In this document: positions 30,629 through 41,437 of the stretch, piece after piece
How positions within the stretch are numbered: the first letter of the stretch is position 1
How the letters are laid out: each line of letters starts with the position of its first letter
Origin: Blastocatellia bacterium
Lineage (GTDB): Bacteria > Acidobacteriota > Blastocatellia > UBA7656
DNA: 64,000 nt
Assembly: GCA_035575515.1 (NCBI GenBank)
Contig: DATLXU010000136.1
Location: forward strand, 14,850 to 78,849
Direction of reading: 5' to 3'
Position numbers and translations under genes: made by a program
The notes under the pieces: generated by a model
Database searches by the model: none
The model's input: only the letters and a program-made list of their open reading frames with translations
Told to the model about the DNA's origin: nothing

Positions 30629-30710
30629 GGTCCTTTGCCCTCAGTCCCTTGTCATTAGTGGTGGGCTTTTCTGCATCAAGCAAATGACAAATGACAAAGG
30701 ACAAAGGACC
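30629..30710. repeat. palindromic repeat family 2 copy (GGTCCTTTGCCC...CTTGTCATT / AATGACAAATGACAAAGGACAAAGGACC)
   Basis: Imperfect inverted repeat with tandem AATGACA/AAGGACA units. Confidence 0.55.
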
Positions 30711-30721
30711 AGAGACGAAGC

Positions 30722-30910
30722 TTAGGTGTGGATCGAGTGGCGCGGCACCAGTATCCTGTAGATGAGATAGCCGACCAGAAGCAGAAAGCCGACGACTGTC
30801 GCTATCCATATCAGGTACAGGAAGAAGCCGACGATGTTCAACACAATCTTCAACACCCAGATGGCGACGATGAACGCCACTATGCCGAACAAAAACTTTA
30901 CGAATCCCAT
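30722..30910 (-). CDS. small 2-TM membrane protein (62 aa)
   Basis: An AAGGAG RBS lies 7 nt upstream of the ATG. Sequence is MGFVKFLFGIVAFIVAIWVLKIVLNIVGFFLYLIWIATVVGFLLLVGYLIY. Confidence 0.45.
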   Translation of the reverse strand: MGFVKFLFGIVAFIVAIWVLKIVLNIVGFFLYLIWIATVVGFLLLVGYLIYRILVPRHSIHT

Positions 30911-30981
30911 AACGAACTCCTTTCAAACTCTTGGCCGCGAAGTCCGCTCCAACAATCGCTTAGTATCGCGGTCTTTCTTGC

Positions 30982-31584
30982 TCACTCGTTGACGAGCGAG
31001 GCTGAAAATGCCTGACGAGCCGTGCTCGCTTCTTCGATATTAACGACATAAGAATCAATGCTTGCTTGATCGCCTGCCGCGTTTTCGCTGCTCAGACTCT
31101 GCGGCGCGCGAAGAGCGTGGCTTGCTGATGAATTATTGCTCAAACGATTTGCTGCCACGCCTGTGCTGATGATCAGCAGGATAAACAGCACTCGCCGTAG
31201 CGTGAAGATTCGCGGTTGCCTGCCATACTCCGCGCGGTGTGTGTAGTGCCGCACAAGCTCGACGCTTGCATAAAGAGCAAGCAGGAGAATCCAGTAGCGG
31301 CCATAGAGTTGCACCGCATTCAAATCGGGATTCGCGCGGCTGGCGAGAAAAAGTCCGCCCACGGCTACGAACACCATTCCGTCTATCGCGGTGCGAGGCT
31401 TGCGCTCGATGGCAAATCCCACGATGCGCATCGCTCCGGCGCAAATCAAAAAGACGGGCCATAATCTCGTAAAGAACATTGCCGCGCCTTCGCCCGTTTG
31501 AAGTATGAGAAAGAGTAATCCTGCGCCTATCAGCAAAAGCCCCGCCGCGAGCATTATTCGATTGTTGCGCGCAGCATCCACCAA
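30982..31584 (-). CDS. hypothetical polytopic membrane protein (200 aa)
   Basis: Four or five hydrophobic helices. It sits 5 nt downstream of the preceding gene on the same strand. Confidence 0.55.
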   Translation of the reverse strand: MVDAARNNRIMLAAGLLLIGAGLLFLILQTGEGAAMFFTRLWPVFLICAGAMRIVGFAIERKPRTAIDGMVFVAVGGLFLASRANPDLNAVQLYGRYWILLLALYASVELVRHYTHRAEYGRQPRIFTLRRVLFILLIISTGVAANRLSNNSSASHALRAPQSLSSENAAGDQASIDSYVVNIEEASTARQAFSASLVNE

Positions 31585-31588
31585 ACGC

Positions 31589-32311
31589 TCACCTCCGGCG
31601 ATGTCCCCACATTGGCTTCACTTTCTCAGACGGCTGCTCATCGAACGAGCCGGGAATCAGAGGATAAGGCGGCTGCCTGTAATCGCGCGAGTAGTCTGGC
31701 TCGCGCTTGCGCTTGAAGTATCTCGTCAAGAGGTAGCCGCCGAACAGTATCAAGGCGACCGGCAGCAACCGCGCGTAAGTTATGAAAGCGAGCGGGCGCA
31801 CAAGCTGAATCACAAGTAGCAGCCCGACAGTTATCAGGACGACTCCGATTATCGGCGCGCGCTTGATGATCATTCGCTTGAATCGTTCTTCATCGGCTTC
31901 GGGGCTTTCGCCTGCGGCAATCAATTGCGCCGTGCGGTATGAGTCCATTATCGAATAGAGATAAAACATGAAGGCCGCAAGTCCGAAGACACCTGCCAGC
32001 ACTTTGACGTGCGTAAGCTCTATCAGCCCGATGATAGTGACGAAGTAAACGACTGCTTTGATGTTTTGGCGGTTGTAAACAGCCCCCATGCCGGGAAGCA
32101 GCGCAAGCAGCGCAGCCAGCTTCGCTTTGCTACGCGGCCTTTGTTGTTCGCGATAGTATGAGCGGCGCGAAAGACCCTCGATGCCATTCACTATGCAATC
32201 CTGGCAATAAGGATAGCCCTTGATTCTATGATCACATGCGGGGCAAAGCCCGCGCGCGCAACTGCTGCACTGAACTCGCGCCGCGCTTGTTGTGTGGTAA
32301 GAGCAATACAT
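31589..32311 (-). CDS. membrane protein with N-terminal Cys-rich zinc-ribbon (B-box-like) domain
   Basis: CSYHTTSAARVQCSSCARGLCPACDHRIKGYPYCQDC is followed by 4 TM helices. Confidence 0.6.
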   Translation of the reverse strand: MYCSYHTTSAARVQCSSCARGLCPACDHRIKGYPYCQDCIVNGIEGLSRRSYYREQQRPRSKAKLAALLALLPGMGAVYNRQNIKAVVYFVTIIGLIELTHVKVLAGVFGLAAFMFYLYSIMDSYRTAQLIAAGESPEADEERFKRMIIKRAPIIGVVLITVGLLLVIQLVRPLAFITYARLLPVALILFGGYLLTRYFKRKREPDYSRDYRQPPYPLIPGSFDEQPSEKVKPMWGHRRR

Positions 32312-32428
32312 AATAGCTTCTGTCCTGAACGTGGCCCGATTAATTATTCCCCGTTAATTGAAACGATTTCGCAAGGGCGCCAGTTCTGCAAATTGCGACG
32401 TCGGGGCGCGACCTGAGTAAACAATGGG

Positions 32429-33256
32429 CTAATTCTTTTCGCGATGGTCGACGGGTTTGTTCCCGTTCGGGTGCTCTTTATGCTTATTGGTTTCCTTGTC
32501 TGCTTCATTAGCGCCGCCTAGCGTCTCCCAGATGCCGCCGATTTCTTTGCCAACCTGATCGAAACTTGCCATTACCTCGTCGGTCTTCGTCGCGCCTTCG
32601 TCGTAAAGCTCAGAGGCTTTAGTTTGAGCCTGGCGAAAGATGCCTTTCACGGAGCCGTCATCTGAAAACCCCAAAAACAAAAATGCAACTGTCGCGCAGG
32701 CAAGCCCTGCGGCGGTGACAAGCCGCCAGCGCGGATTCTGAGACGGGCGCGGAAGCATCCTTGCAACAAGAGCCGTGACGCGGTCTCGAATGCGCATTCT
32801 CATTCGCGCTCGCTTTGGCATTATTGCGACGAGGCGATTAATTAAGCTGTCAGGCGCATCCACCTCTTCGTATGTGTGAACCGAATGGCAGGCGGCTATG
32901 GCATAGACGATTTCCGTGAGCAGGCTTGAACACGCTTCGCACTGCGCGGCATGTTCTTCAAAGCGATGATAGACCGGAGCCGGAACGAACCCGTCGAGAA
33001 ACTCAGTTATCAACTCTTCAAATCCGAAGCAATCAATCGGCGCGTGCTCTGATGGAATCATCAGTAGCGCGGCTTCGAGCATCGCGGGCGCTTCGATTTC
33101 ATCTTTGCAATCCGAGAGAGCCGACTTCAACTCATCGAGGAGCGCGCGGCATGCGCGGCACTGAAGCGCGTGCTCGCGAAAGAGGCTCGCGTCCGATGGC
33201 AGAAGCGCGTCGTCAAGGTAATCGCTCAGCTTATCCTCAAAAATACTGCAATCCAT
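32429..33256 (-). CDS. anti-sigma factor with two HxxxCxxC (zf-HC2-like) segments and one TM helix
   Basis: FREHALQCRACRALLDEL and FEEHAAQCEACSSLLTEI, then a TM helix and a short periplasmic tail. Confidence 0.7.
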   Translation of the reverse strand: MDCSIFEDKLSDYLDDALLPSDASLFREHALQCRACRALLDELKSALSDCKDEIEAPAMLEAALLMIPSEHAPIDCFGFEELITEFLDGFVPAPVYHRFEEHAAQCEACSSLLTEIVYAIAACHSVHTYEEVDAPDSLINRLVAIMPKRARMRMRIRDRVTALVARMLPRPSQNPRWRLVTAAGLACATVAFLFLGFSDDGSVKGIFRQAQTKASELYDEGATKTDEVMASFDQVGKEIGGIWETLGGANEADKETNKHKEHPNGNKPVDHREKN

Positions 33257-33426
33257 AACTGTTCAAAACGATGGCAAACCAATCGTCCTCACGAAACAAC
33301 TTCGCTGTGACCGACCATTACTACGATTGGTCAGCAGCGAGCCGATTTTCTTGGGCGCAGTTTCGCGGCCATTGCGCGTTGGCACGGTTGGCCCTCGTAC
33401 TAGCAGCCTCCGGCCAACTGGCCGAG

Positions 33427-34014
33427 CTAATCGGGATTAACCTTCATCCTGCGCAGCACCTTGGCCAGTTCTATGCGGCCCCTGTTAATTCGACTCTTGA
33501 CGGTGCCTTCCGGTATCTTCAGAAGATTAACGATCTCCTGGTACGTCAATTCCTCTATATCGCGAAGAATGACGCACTCGCGCAGGTCTGGCGACAGCTT
33601 ATTAATCGCAGCAAGCACCTGGAGCCTTCTTTCCTGGCGTTCGAGCGTGCGTTGCGGGCTGTCGCTCGCAGACGGCAGGTGATACTCGTGATTGGCCAGG
33701 TCGTCGCCCGTGTCCGTAGGAGTCCGCTGCCGTTTGCGGTAATCATCAATAATCAGGTTGCGCGCAAGCCGCATCAACCAGTTCGATAGGTCGCCCAGGC
33801 TGGGATCGTACTGACCGAGCGAGCGATATACGCGAATGAAGACCTCCTGCGTCAGGTCTTCAGCCGCAGCATGGCTCGAAGTGAATCGGTAAGCGAGGTT
33901 GTAGATGCGGCGCGAGTACTGGCGCACGATCTCCGACCACGCCTGCTGGTCCCCCTCCAGACAACGCTGAACGATTTCAGCATCGTTTGATGTCAACGCA
34001 AGTCTTGCTCCCAC
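33427..34014 (-). CDS. ECF-family RNA polymerase sigma factor
   Basis: Region 2 (DLTQEVFIRVY) and region 4 HTH (LTYQEIVNLLKIPEGTVKSRINRGR). Confidence 0.85.
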   Translation of the reverse strand: MGARLALTSNDAEIVQRCLEGDQQAWSEIVRQYSRRIYNLAYRFTSSHAAAEDLTQEVFIRVYRSLGQYDPSLGDLSNWLMRLARNLIIDDYRKRQRTPTDTGDDLANHEYHLPSASDSPQRTLERQERRLQVLAAINKLSPDLRECVILRDIEELTYQEIVNLLKIPEGTVKSRINRGRIELAKVLRRMKVNPD

Positions 34015-34298
34015 CTGTCGCCTTCTCGCTTGCTTTCTGGTTTAACCTCAATCCAAGTAACTAATGTCTTCCAAACTCGCTAAACGAGATGATGACAGAA
34101 AATGTTTCACCAGAACCGACGCACCGAACTGCCGCCGCCTCTCGGCTGTCCGAACGGCGTGCGCAGGCTCTATATTTTGTGTTAGAATCCCCGCTCGACC
34201 GTGTATATAGGCTGTCTGCTCCGGGTTGCTCCGAAGTCGGGGATCGTAACGCGCCCTTGATTTCAAAAATAGTATAACACGAGGAAAATATCACGGCT

Positions 34299-35396
34299 GT
34301 GAGCGCGCGGCTCAAAACATTTCTAAGCATCGCCATCGGCGCTTTGTTCGTCTACTGGTTCGCGCACAAGCTCAACTGGGGCGAAGTCTGGGCCGAAGTG
34401 CGCAAAGCCAACTGGCTGCTGCTCGGCGCGGCTGTCGCTCTGCTGGTTGGGACGTATTTCGTCAGAGTTCTGAGATGGCGCGCCCTGCTTGCGCCTATGG
34501 CCCGCCCGCCGCTGCGCGCTCTGTTCCGCGCCACGATGATTGGCTTTTCGGCCCTGTTCGTCATGGGCCGTGCGGGCGAGATGATAATCCGCCCGGCTGT
34601 GCTTTCCGTGAAAGAGCGCGTGCATCCATCGGCGAGCTACGCGACCGTTATGATCGAGCGCGTCTTTGACATGGTGATGGTAGTCATTTTCTTCGCTGTG
34701 AACCTCGCATTCTTCGAGTACGGCGAGCACGACGCGGAAGCGATGCGGATGTTCGGATGGATAAAGGCAACAGGCATCATTTTATTGTTCGTCTCGGCTG
34801 CGGGAATCTATGGACTTTCGGCTTTCAGCCGTCATCGCGCAGGCGTGCTGGCCTATCTTGAAAGAAAACTCGCGAGGCTGCCCGAGCGTTTGTCTGAAGG
34901 GATATTGAGCCTGCTGCGCCATATATCGGAAGGGCTTGGCGCATTGCACGACGCGCGCGAGCTGACGATAACGGTTTCATACACGGTTCTCATCTGGCTG
35001 ATGGTTTCGGTTGCGCATCTTGCGGTCGTGCGGGCATTCGGGATTGATTACAACCTCGTGCCTTTCACGGGCGCGGTCTTCGTGATGGGCCTTTCGATGC
35101 TTGGCTCGGTAGTTCCAACGCCGGGCGGAGCAACGGGACCGTTTCACCTTGCGACGGCTGCTGCCCTTACCTTCTTAGGCGTCGAGCAGGACAAAGCCGC
35201 ATCCGTTGCAATCATCCTTCACCCGATAATCTTCGCGCCCGCGACCGTCTTCGGATTGTATTACATCGCAAGAGAAGGATTATCGCTTGGAAGACTCAAG
35301 CGCATAGGCACGCGTCGAAGGGCCGAAGTCGACCGGCTCGCTGAAATCGAAGAAAAGAAAGAGCAGGAAGCAATTCTAATAGGCAGCAGGCAGTAG
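34299..35396 (+). CDS. UPF0104 / lysylphosphatidylglycerol-synthase-TM-like (flippase-like) membrane protein
   Basis: GTG start, 8 TM. The N-terminal pattern FLSIAIGALFVYWFAHKLNWGEVWAEVRKANWLLL is typical of this family. Confidence 0.7.
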   Translation: MSARLKTFLSIAIGALFVYWFAHKLNWGEVWAEVRKANWLLLGAAVALLVGTYFVRVLRWRALLAPMARPPLRALFRATMIGFSALFVMGRAGEMIIRPAVLSVKERVHPSASYATVMIERVFDMVMVVIFFAVNLAFFEYGEHDAEAMRMFGWIKATGIILLFVSAAGIYGLSAFSRHRAGVLAYLERKLARLPERLSEGILSLLRHISEGLGALHDARELTITVSYTVLIWLMVSVAHLAVVRAFGIDYNLVPFTGAVFVMGLSMLGSVVPTPGGATGPFHLATAAALTFLGVEQDKAASVAIILHPIIFAPATVFGLYYIAREGLSLGRLKRIGTRRRAEVDRLAEIEEKKEQEAILIGSRQ

Positions 35397-35504
35397 GCAG
35401 AAATCAGTGATAGGGGGGAGACACGGCGATGCGGAGTAATAAATCTGACTCCGCTACGCGCCGCGTCGCCGTGTCTCCGTATCGTTCTTGCCTGCTGCCT
35501 GCTG
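35381..35504. mobile_element. MITE-like element: terminal inverted repeats AGGCAGCAGGCAGTAGGCAG / CTTGCCTGCTGCCTGCTG flanking an internal palindrome
   Basis: The internal palindrome is GGAGACACGGCGATGCGGAGT ... ACTCCGC...CGTCGCCGTGTCTCC. The left TIR supplies the last codons and TAG stop of the upstream gene. The TIR is related to the element at 8861-8958. Confidence 0.5.
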
Positions 35505-35526
35505 AAAAGGTGGACGAGATAGAACT

Positions 35527-35997
35527 ATGAAATGCCCTTTCTGCGGTTACATGGAAGACAAGGTCGTTGATTCGCGCGAGAGCCGCGAAGGCGACGTGAT
35601 TCGCCGTCGTCGCGAGTGTTTGAAGTGCGAGCGGCGGTTCACCAGCTACGAACGGATTGACGAGATACCTTATATGGTCGTCAAAAAAGACGGCACGCGC
35701 GAGCCGTTTTCGCGCGAGAAAGTCCTCAGCGGCATCTTGAAAGCCACAGAGAAGCGGCCAATTCCAATGGCCAAGATAGAGGCGCTTGTCAACTCGGTCG
35801 AAAAATACGTTCAGGAATCGCGCGAGCGCGAGCGATCAACGGAAAAGATTGGCGAGCTGATAATGCGCCGCTTGAAGGAACTCGACAAAGTTGCCTACGT
35901 CCGCTTCGCATCTGTGTATTTGGACTTCAAAGATGTATCGGAATTCATGAGCGAGCTGAGGACGCTCGTGCGCTCAGGCCGCGCGCGTGAGAAATAG
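35527..35997 (+). CDS. nrdR: transcriptional repressor NrdR
   Basis: MKCPFCG...CLKCERRF zinc ribbon plus ATP-cone; 156 aa. Confidence 0.95.
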   Translation: MKCPFCGYMEDKVVDSRESREGDVIRRRRECLKCERRFTSYERIDEIPYMVVKKDGTREPFSREKVLSGILKATEKRPIPMAKIEALVNSVEKYVQESRERERSTEKIGELIMRRLKELDKVAYVRFASVYLDFKDVSEFMSELRTLVRSGRAREK

Positions 35998-36300
35998 AGA
36001 GATCGAGAGAATCATAAACGAGCGAATCCCGTAAAAACACCCGCGACGGGTTTGCCTCTTGTTCATTAACCCCCTTTCTCAACAATGATGATCGTTACGT
36101 AATTCGATGGTGTTCGGCTCTGCAATCCCCTCGAATTCGCTCGCTGCGCTGAACAAAAACGCTCTGCTGCGCCTGCGGATTAGAGATTCACGCCTTTGAT
36201 GAGTCCAGAGGCTTGATGAAATCCGACGAAGAGCGATTGCTCAGGTCACACTTTTAACGAAGTCACGTCGTTAAACGCTTCCTTCATCATCGCGCATCGC

Positions 36301-36329
36301 TTGTAATTGTTACAATAGAAACTTACAAT
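36301..36329 (+). promoter_or_regulatory. sigma-70-like promoter candidate upstream of lon, inside palindrome TTGTAATTGTTACAA
   Basis: TTGTAA-N17-TACAAT lies about 30 nt upstream of an AAAGAGGA RBS and the ATG at 36362. Confidence 0.4.
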
Positions 36330-36361
36330 CTTCTTTTCAGAAAAGAGGACTACTGCTGAAT

Positions 36362-38728
36362 ATGTCATCATTGATAGAGCGAGAAGAGGTAGAGATAGAG
36401 CAATCCGAAGAGCAGGTGAAGCTGCCCGGCTCGCTGCCGGTTCTGCCGCTGCGCGACATTGTAATCTTTCCTTATATGATTGTGCCGCTTTTCGTCCAGC
36501 GCGAGCGGAGCATTCGCGCCGTCGACCAGGCGCTGGCCGAAAACCGTATGATTATGCTCGTCGCGCAACGCGATCTCGAAAAAGAGGAACCCGTCGGGCC
36601 TGACCTTTACAATTACGGAACGGCGGCGGCCATCATGCGAATGCTCAAGATGCCCGACGGGCGAATTCGCATACTCGTGCAGGGACTCGCGCGCGCGCGT
36701 GTGCTCCGCTACGAAGAGAATCAGCCGCATCTGGTTGCGCACATCGAGCCGCTTCAAGATACGGAACCAGATGCTGACGAGCTTGAGCTTGAGGCGCTGC
36801 TTCGCAACGTGCGCGCTTCGCTTGAGCGCGCCATCACGCTCGGCAAGGCCATCTCGCCCGAAGTGATGGCAATCGTCGCCAATCTCGAAGACCCCGGCCG
36901 CTTGGCCGATGTTGCCGCATCGAATCTCGAATTAAAAGTCGCAGATGCGCAGAGCGTTCTTGAAAAACTTAATCCAGCAGACCGCCTCAGACGAGTGAAT
37001 GAGCTTCTTGCGCGGGAGATAAACGTACTGCTCGTTCAGCAGGACATAAACACGCAGGCCAAAGGCGAGATTGATCGCACGCAGCGCGAGTTCTTTCTGC
37101 GCCAGCAGCTCAAGGCGATTCAAGCGGAGCTGGGCGAAGGCAACGAACTTGCCGAAGAGATTCAGCAGTACCGCGAAAAGATGATTGCATCTCGGATGCC
37201 CGAACCGGTTGAAGAAGAGGTTGATCGCCAGATTAAAAAGCTTGAGCGCATGCACCCGGACGCTGCGGAAGCCGCCACGCTTCGCAATTACCTTGACGTG
37301 ATGGTGAACCTGCCGTGGTCTGTCGCCTCTGAAGAGAATCTGGATCTGAAACGGGCGCAGGCAATACTCGATGAAGACCACTACGGGCTTGAGAAGGTCA
37401 AAGAACGAATAATCGAATCGCTCGCCGTCCGAAAGCTCAAGGACAAAGTCAAGGGACCGATACTTTGTCTGGTCGGCCCGCCCGGCGTTGGAAAGACAAG
37501 CCTCGGACGTTCCATCGCTCGCGCCCTCAACCGCAAGTTTCAACGATTGAGTCTCGGCGGTCTGCACGACGAAGCAGAGATTCGCGGACACCGCCGCACA
37601 TACATAGGCGCGATGCCGGGACGCATCATTCAAGCGATTCAGCAGGCGGGGACGAACAACCCGCTCATCATGCTCGATGAGATTGACAAAGTAGGCGCGG
37701 ACTTTCGCGGCGACCCGTCGTCGGCTCTGCTCGAAGTCTTGGACCCTGAGCAGAATTTTTCATTCCGCGATAACTATCTCGGCGTGCCGTTCGATCTATC
37801 CAAAGTCATGTTTATGACTACGGCAAATGTTCTGGATACGATACACGCTGCGCTGCGCGACCGAATGGAAGTGATTCGACTCGCGGGCTACACCGAAGAG
37901 GAAAAGATCGAGATCGCGCGCCGCCACATTATCCCGAAGCAGATGGAAGCGCACGGCATCACGCCACGTCATCTGGCAATCAGCCGCTCGGCCTTGAGAG
38001 CCATCATTCTACAATACACGCACGAGTCGGGCCTGCGACAGTTCGAGCGCGAGATTGCAAGCATTGCGCGCAAGGTCGCTCGCCGCGTTGCCGAAGGTGA
38101 TGACAGACTCGTTCGCGTGACGGTGAATAATCTGCAGGATTTTCTCGGAGTCCCGCACGTTCACGCCGATGAGGTGTTGAAGAAAGATCAAGTCGGCGTC
38201 GCAACGGGTCTTGCATGGACACCTGCGGGCGGAGACGTTCTATTCATCGAAGCATTGCTGACGGCGGGGAAGGGCGCGCTTTTGCTCACGGGCCAACTCG
38301 GCGACGTAATGAAAGAATCGGCGCAGGCAGCTTATTCGTGGGCCAAAGCGCGGGCCGAAGAACTGGACATTGACCCCGAAAAGTTCAACAAGTACGACAT
38401 ACACATTCACGTGCCCGAAGGAGCAATTCCCAAAGACGGTCCCTCGGCGGGCGTGACGCTTGCGGCTGCGATGGTGTCGGCCCTGTCGGGCAAGCCCGTA
38501 AAGCGGTCGGTCGCGATGACGGGCGAGATAACGCTGCGCGGAAACGTGCTGCCCGTAGGCGGAATAAAGGAAAAAGTGCTGGCCGCGCGTCGCGCCCGCG
38601 TGAATACAATAGTGCTTCCACAGCAGAACCGCCGCGACCTCGATGAAGTCCCGAAAGAATTGATGAAAGAGCTTGAATTCGTATTCGTTGAATCTGTCCG
38701 CCAGGTGCTCAAGACCGCGTTCGCATAA
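36362..38728 (+). CDS. lon: ATP-dependent Lon protease
   Basis: N-terminal LON domain, Walker [10 protein letters not shown], protease motif PKDGPSAG; 788 aa. Confidence 0.95.
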   Translation: MSSLIEREEVEIEQSEEQVKLPGSLPVLPLRDIVIFPYMIVPLFVQRERSIRAVDQALAENRMIMLVAQRDLEKEEPVGPDLYNYGTAAAIMRMLKMPDGRIRILVQGLARARVLRYEENQPHLVAHIEPLQDTEPDADELELEALLRNVRASLERAITLGKAISPEVMAIVANLEDPGRLADVAASNLELKVADAQSVLEKLNPADRLRRVNELLAREINVLLVQQDINTQAKGEIDRTQREFFLRQQLKAIQAELGEGNELAEEIQQYREKMIASRMPEPVEEEVDRQIKKLERMHPDAAEAATLRNYLDVMVNLPWSVASEENLDLKRAQAILDEDHYGLEKVKERIIESLAVRKLKDKVKGPILCLVGPPGVGKTSLGRSIARALNRKFQRLSLGGLHDEAEIRGHRRTYIGAMPGRIIQAIQQAGTNNPLIMLDEIDKVGADFRGDPSSALLEVLDPEQNFSFRDNYLGVPFDLSKVMFMTTANVLDTIHAALRDRMEVIRLAGYTEEEKIEIARRHIIPKQMEAHGITPRHLAISRSALRAIILQYTHESGLRQFEREIASIARKVARRVAEGDDRLVRVTVNNLQDFLGVPHVHADEVLKKDQVGVATGLAWTPAGGDVLFIEALLTAGKGALLLTGQLGDVMKESAQAAYSWAKARAEELDIDPEKFNKYDIHIHVPEGAIPKDGPSAGVTLAAAMVSALSGKPVKRSVAMTGEITLRGNVLPVGGIKEKVLAARRARVNTIVLPQQNRRDLDEVPKELMKELEFVFVESVRQVLKTAFA

Positions 38729-38744
38729 ACGCTCGCGCGTCATA

Positions 38745-38802
38745 TGTCCTTTGTCGTTTGCGGGTAGAGGGCAATCTCTCAACCAATGACAAAGGACAAA
38801 TG
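38745..38802. repeat. palindromic repeat family 2 copy downstream of lon (TGTCCTTTGTCGTTTG ... CAATGACAAAGGACAAATG)
   Basis: Inverted repeat beginning 17 nt after the lon stop; a likely terminator-like hairpin. Confidence 0.6.
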
Positions 38803-39000
38803 TTTCAATTTTCTTGCGGGCCCGGCCTTTTATTGACTCTCACTTTTTCAGCGTGTTATAAACTCGACACTCGGCAGGAATGCGGAACCCAAGTGTTCGA
38901 GATGCGACTTGGCAGCCCCGCGTGACCGTGGAGCTTGAGGCGGTCACCGAAGTCGCAGCCCTCTGGACCGCATAAGAGAATCGAAAGGATAGAATTAAGG

Positions 39001-40617
39001 ATGAGGCTAACAAAAGCGGCGAGTCGCGTTACTGTTGTTCTGCTCCTCTTGATAATATTCATAGCGACAGCCGATCCGGTGAAAGCCTTCAGCCAAACGC
39101 CGCGGCAAGCCTCACCTCAATCGCCCCAGCCAGACTCTCAATCAATCATTGACCGTGCCGAAGCCATCTTTCATCAAGGCGAAGAAGCGCACGCGAACGG
39201 CCAACTCGATACGGCCCGCAAGCTGTTCGATGAAGCTATCAGCATTATTCACGAGTCGGGCATAGACCTGAGCAAAGATGCCAGGCTCGACGCTTATTAT
39301 CGCCAACTTCTCGAACGCATTCACAAGTACGAAGCGCAGCCCGGAGATAATCACAATGAGCAGCAGCGGCCCGAAATTGTAGAGCCATCGGTTCTCGATG
39401 AGTTGTCGAACATCAAAGACGACGAGCTTGCGATGATCACGCCCGAAGGAATCAAGATTTATGGAAAGTACGATTTTGATTTCTCGGTCGCGCCGCCCGT
39501 CTTTCAATTTATCAACTTCTTTGTGACGGGTCGCGGGCACTCGACTATGGAAGTAGGGCTTCAGCGCGCGGGCCGCTACCGCCAGATGGTAGAAAAGATT
39601 TTCAAAGAAGAGCGAGTGCCGCAGGATTTGATGTGGCTCGCGCAGGCTGAATCGGTCTGGAAGCCGAATGCGCTTTCGCGCGCGGCGGCCAAAGGCATCT
39701 GGCAGTTCATCCCTTCAACGGGCCTTCGCTTTGGCCTTCAGCAAACGGCGTGGATTGATGATCGCTCGCAACCCGAAAAATCAACGCGCGCGGCGGCTCG
39801 CTATCTGCGATGGCTTTACGATCATTTCGCGGGCGATTGGCTGCTCGCAATGGCTGCGTACAATTCGGGCGAGAATCGAGTTGATTCCGCAATTGCAAAA
39901 TGCGGCTACGCCGATTTCTGGGAATTGTATAAACGCAATCTGCTTCCGCAAGAGACTCGCAATTACGTTCCGATCATTCTGGCCATTACCATCGTCAGCA
40001 AGAATCAGAAGCGGTACGGCTTCAACGTCACGCCCGACGCGCCGATTCAGTTTGAAATCTATGAGCTTCCCGCGCAGACAGATTTGAAAGTCGTGGCGGA
40101 TTTAATCGGCGTGCCTTTCGAGACTATGCAGGACCTCAATCCTGAGCTTCGTCACGGCACAACGCCGCCGGGCCAGCACTACACAATCAAGCTGCCAAAA
40201 GGCATGAAGAAGCAGTTCGAGATTGCTTATGCGAATCTGCCCGAAGACCAGCGCGTGCGCCGCGTCATCATTCCGAGAGAAGAGATTGCCGAAGCGCGCG
40301 GCCCACGCTATCAAACGCAGTACGCATCGTATCAGGTCCGTCGCGGCGATACGATTGCCAGCCTCGCGCGCCGTTACGGGGTTTCGTCGCGGGAGCTTGC
40401 GCGGGCGAATGGCTTAGGCAGGCGAGGCGCGTTGCGCGCGGGCCAGACCGTCCGCATACCGAAGGCCGTCAGGGCGAGCGCGAGGGGGCGATACAGAGAA
40501 TCGAAAGCGACTCGCACGCGCTTGCGTGGCCGTGATGCCCGCTCTCAATTGCGAACGCGAGACAGAGGCAGTCGCGCTACTTCGCACAGCCGTTCATCGC
40601 GCCGCCATCGCAGGTAG
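39001..40617 (+). CDS. membrane-bound lytic murein transglycosylase (MltD-like: SLT domain plus C-terminal LysM)
   Basis: Signal peptide MRLTKAASRVTVVLLLLIIFIATADPVKA. The SLT motifs are ES-WKPNALSRAAAKGIWQFIPSTG and AYNSGENRV. A LysM segment YQVRRGDTIASLARRYG is present. The track start at 38935 is an upstream extension. Confidence 0.85.
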   Translation: MRLTKAASRVTVVLLLLIIFIATADPVKAFSQTPRQASPQSPQPDSQSIIDRAEAIFHQGEEAHANGQLDTARKLFDEAISIIHESGIDLSKDARLDAYYRQLLERIHKYEAQPGDNHNEQQRPEIVEPSVLDELSNIKDDELAMITPEGIKIYGKYDFDFSVAPPVFQFINFFVTGRGHSTMEVGLQRAGRYRQMVEKIFKEERVPQDLMWLAQAESVWKPNALSRAAAKGIWQFIPSTGLRFGLQQTAWIDDRSQPEKSTRAAARYLRWLYDHFAGDWLLAMAAYNSGENRVDSAIAKCGYADFWELYKRNLLPQETRNYVPIILAITIVSKNQKRYGFNVTPDAPIQFEIYELPAQTDLKVVADLIGVPFETMQDLNPELRHGTTPPGQHYTIKLPKGMKKQFEIAYANLPEDQRVRRVIIPREEIAEARGPRYQTQYASYQVRRGDTIASLARRYGVSSRELARANGLGRRGALRAGQTVRIPKAVRASARGRYRESKATRTRLRGRDARSQLRTRDRGSRATSHSRSSRRHRR

Positions 40618-40809
40618 CTTTTAAGAACTGGAAACAACCTGACCTTTTCATCAGCGCGAGTCTCAATATCGTTAAAGAAGTCGACTTTATAAGCCTGCGC
40701 GTCAAATCTTAATCGTATTGTTTCTTCCATCCTGGCTCTGCCCGAAATCAATTGACTATAGCTCCCGCTTCTAGTAAACCTGCGTCAGGTTGTATTGGAG
40801 GTGGGGCGA

Positions 40810-41372
40810 TGAAAATCAAAGGCAACATTCTGCTTTCACGATTAGCGTTTGTAAAAGAACACTTCGGCGAGGAGGCGCTCGACAGGGTCATCGAATCCTT
40901 GCCTGCCGAAGACCGGGCGACGCTCAGGGGAATGATTAGCAACGTCGGCTGGTATTCATTCGACATTGGCAAGCGGCTCGATGAAGCTATAGTTAAAGTC
41001 CTCGGCAAAGGCGACATGAAAATCTTTGAAGATATAGGCGCATCTTCTGCCGAGCAGAATCTCACGACCGTTCACAATCTCTTTCTCAAGCTCGGAAATC
41101 CTCAAGCCTTTCTCGCTCAAACGCCAGTGCTATATCGCCTCTATTACGATATCGGCAGGAGAGAGTACGAGCCGACGGGACCAACTTCAGGCGTGATGAC
41201 GACTTACGATGCAGAAACCTACTCTACTGCGGATTGCTTGACAGTCATCGGATGGTACAAGAAAGCCCTCGCGATGTGCGGCGCTAAAAACGTAGTGATG
41301 ACGGAAGAGACCTGTCGCGCAAGAGGCGGTGACTTTTGCCGTTATCGAATATCGTGGCAGATGGATAGTTGA
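40810..41372 (+). CDS. hypothetical protein (187 aa); family unresolved
   Basis: A GGAGGTG RBS precedes the ATG at 40810. I cannot assign a family confidently from the sequence alone. Confidence 0.5.
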
Positions 41373-41437
41373 ACAGATAATCCCGTTCGCCGAGTGGTGG
41401 GGTAATAATGTGTAGAGGAAGGAACAGAGGCCGAATC

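Noticed and set aside
36932-37633. Minus-strand 233-aa ORF inside lon.
   Set aside because: Antisense shadow ORF; lon frame is unambiguous.
40810-41372. Assignment of the 187-aa protein to the H-NOX heme-NO sensor family or to DUF2378/TIGR02265, based on the N-terminal MKIKGNILLSRLAFVKEHFGEEAL.
   Set aside because: The His, Pro and Y-x-S-x-R positions of H-NOX do not line up at a consistent offset. The DUF2378/TIGR02265 idea rests on my recollection only. I left the protein as hypothetical.
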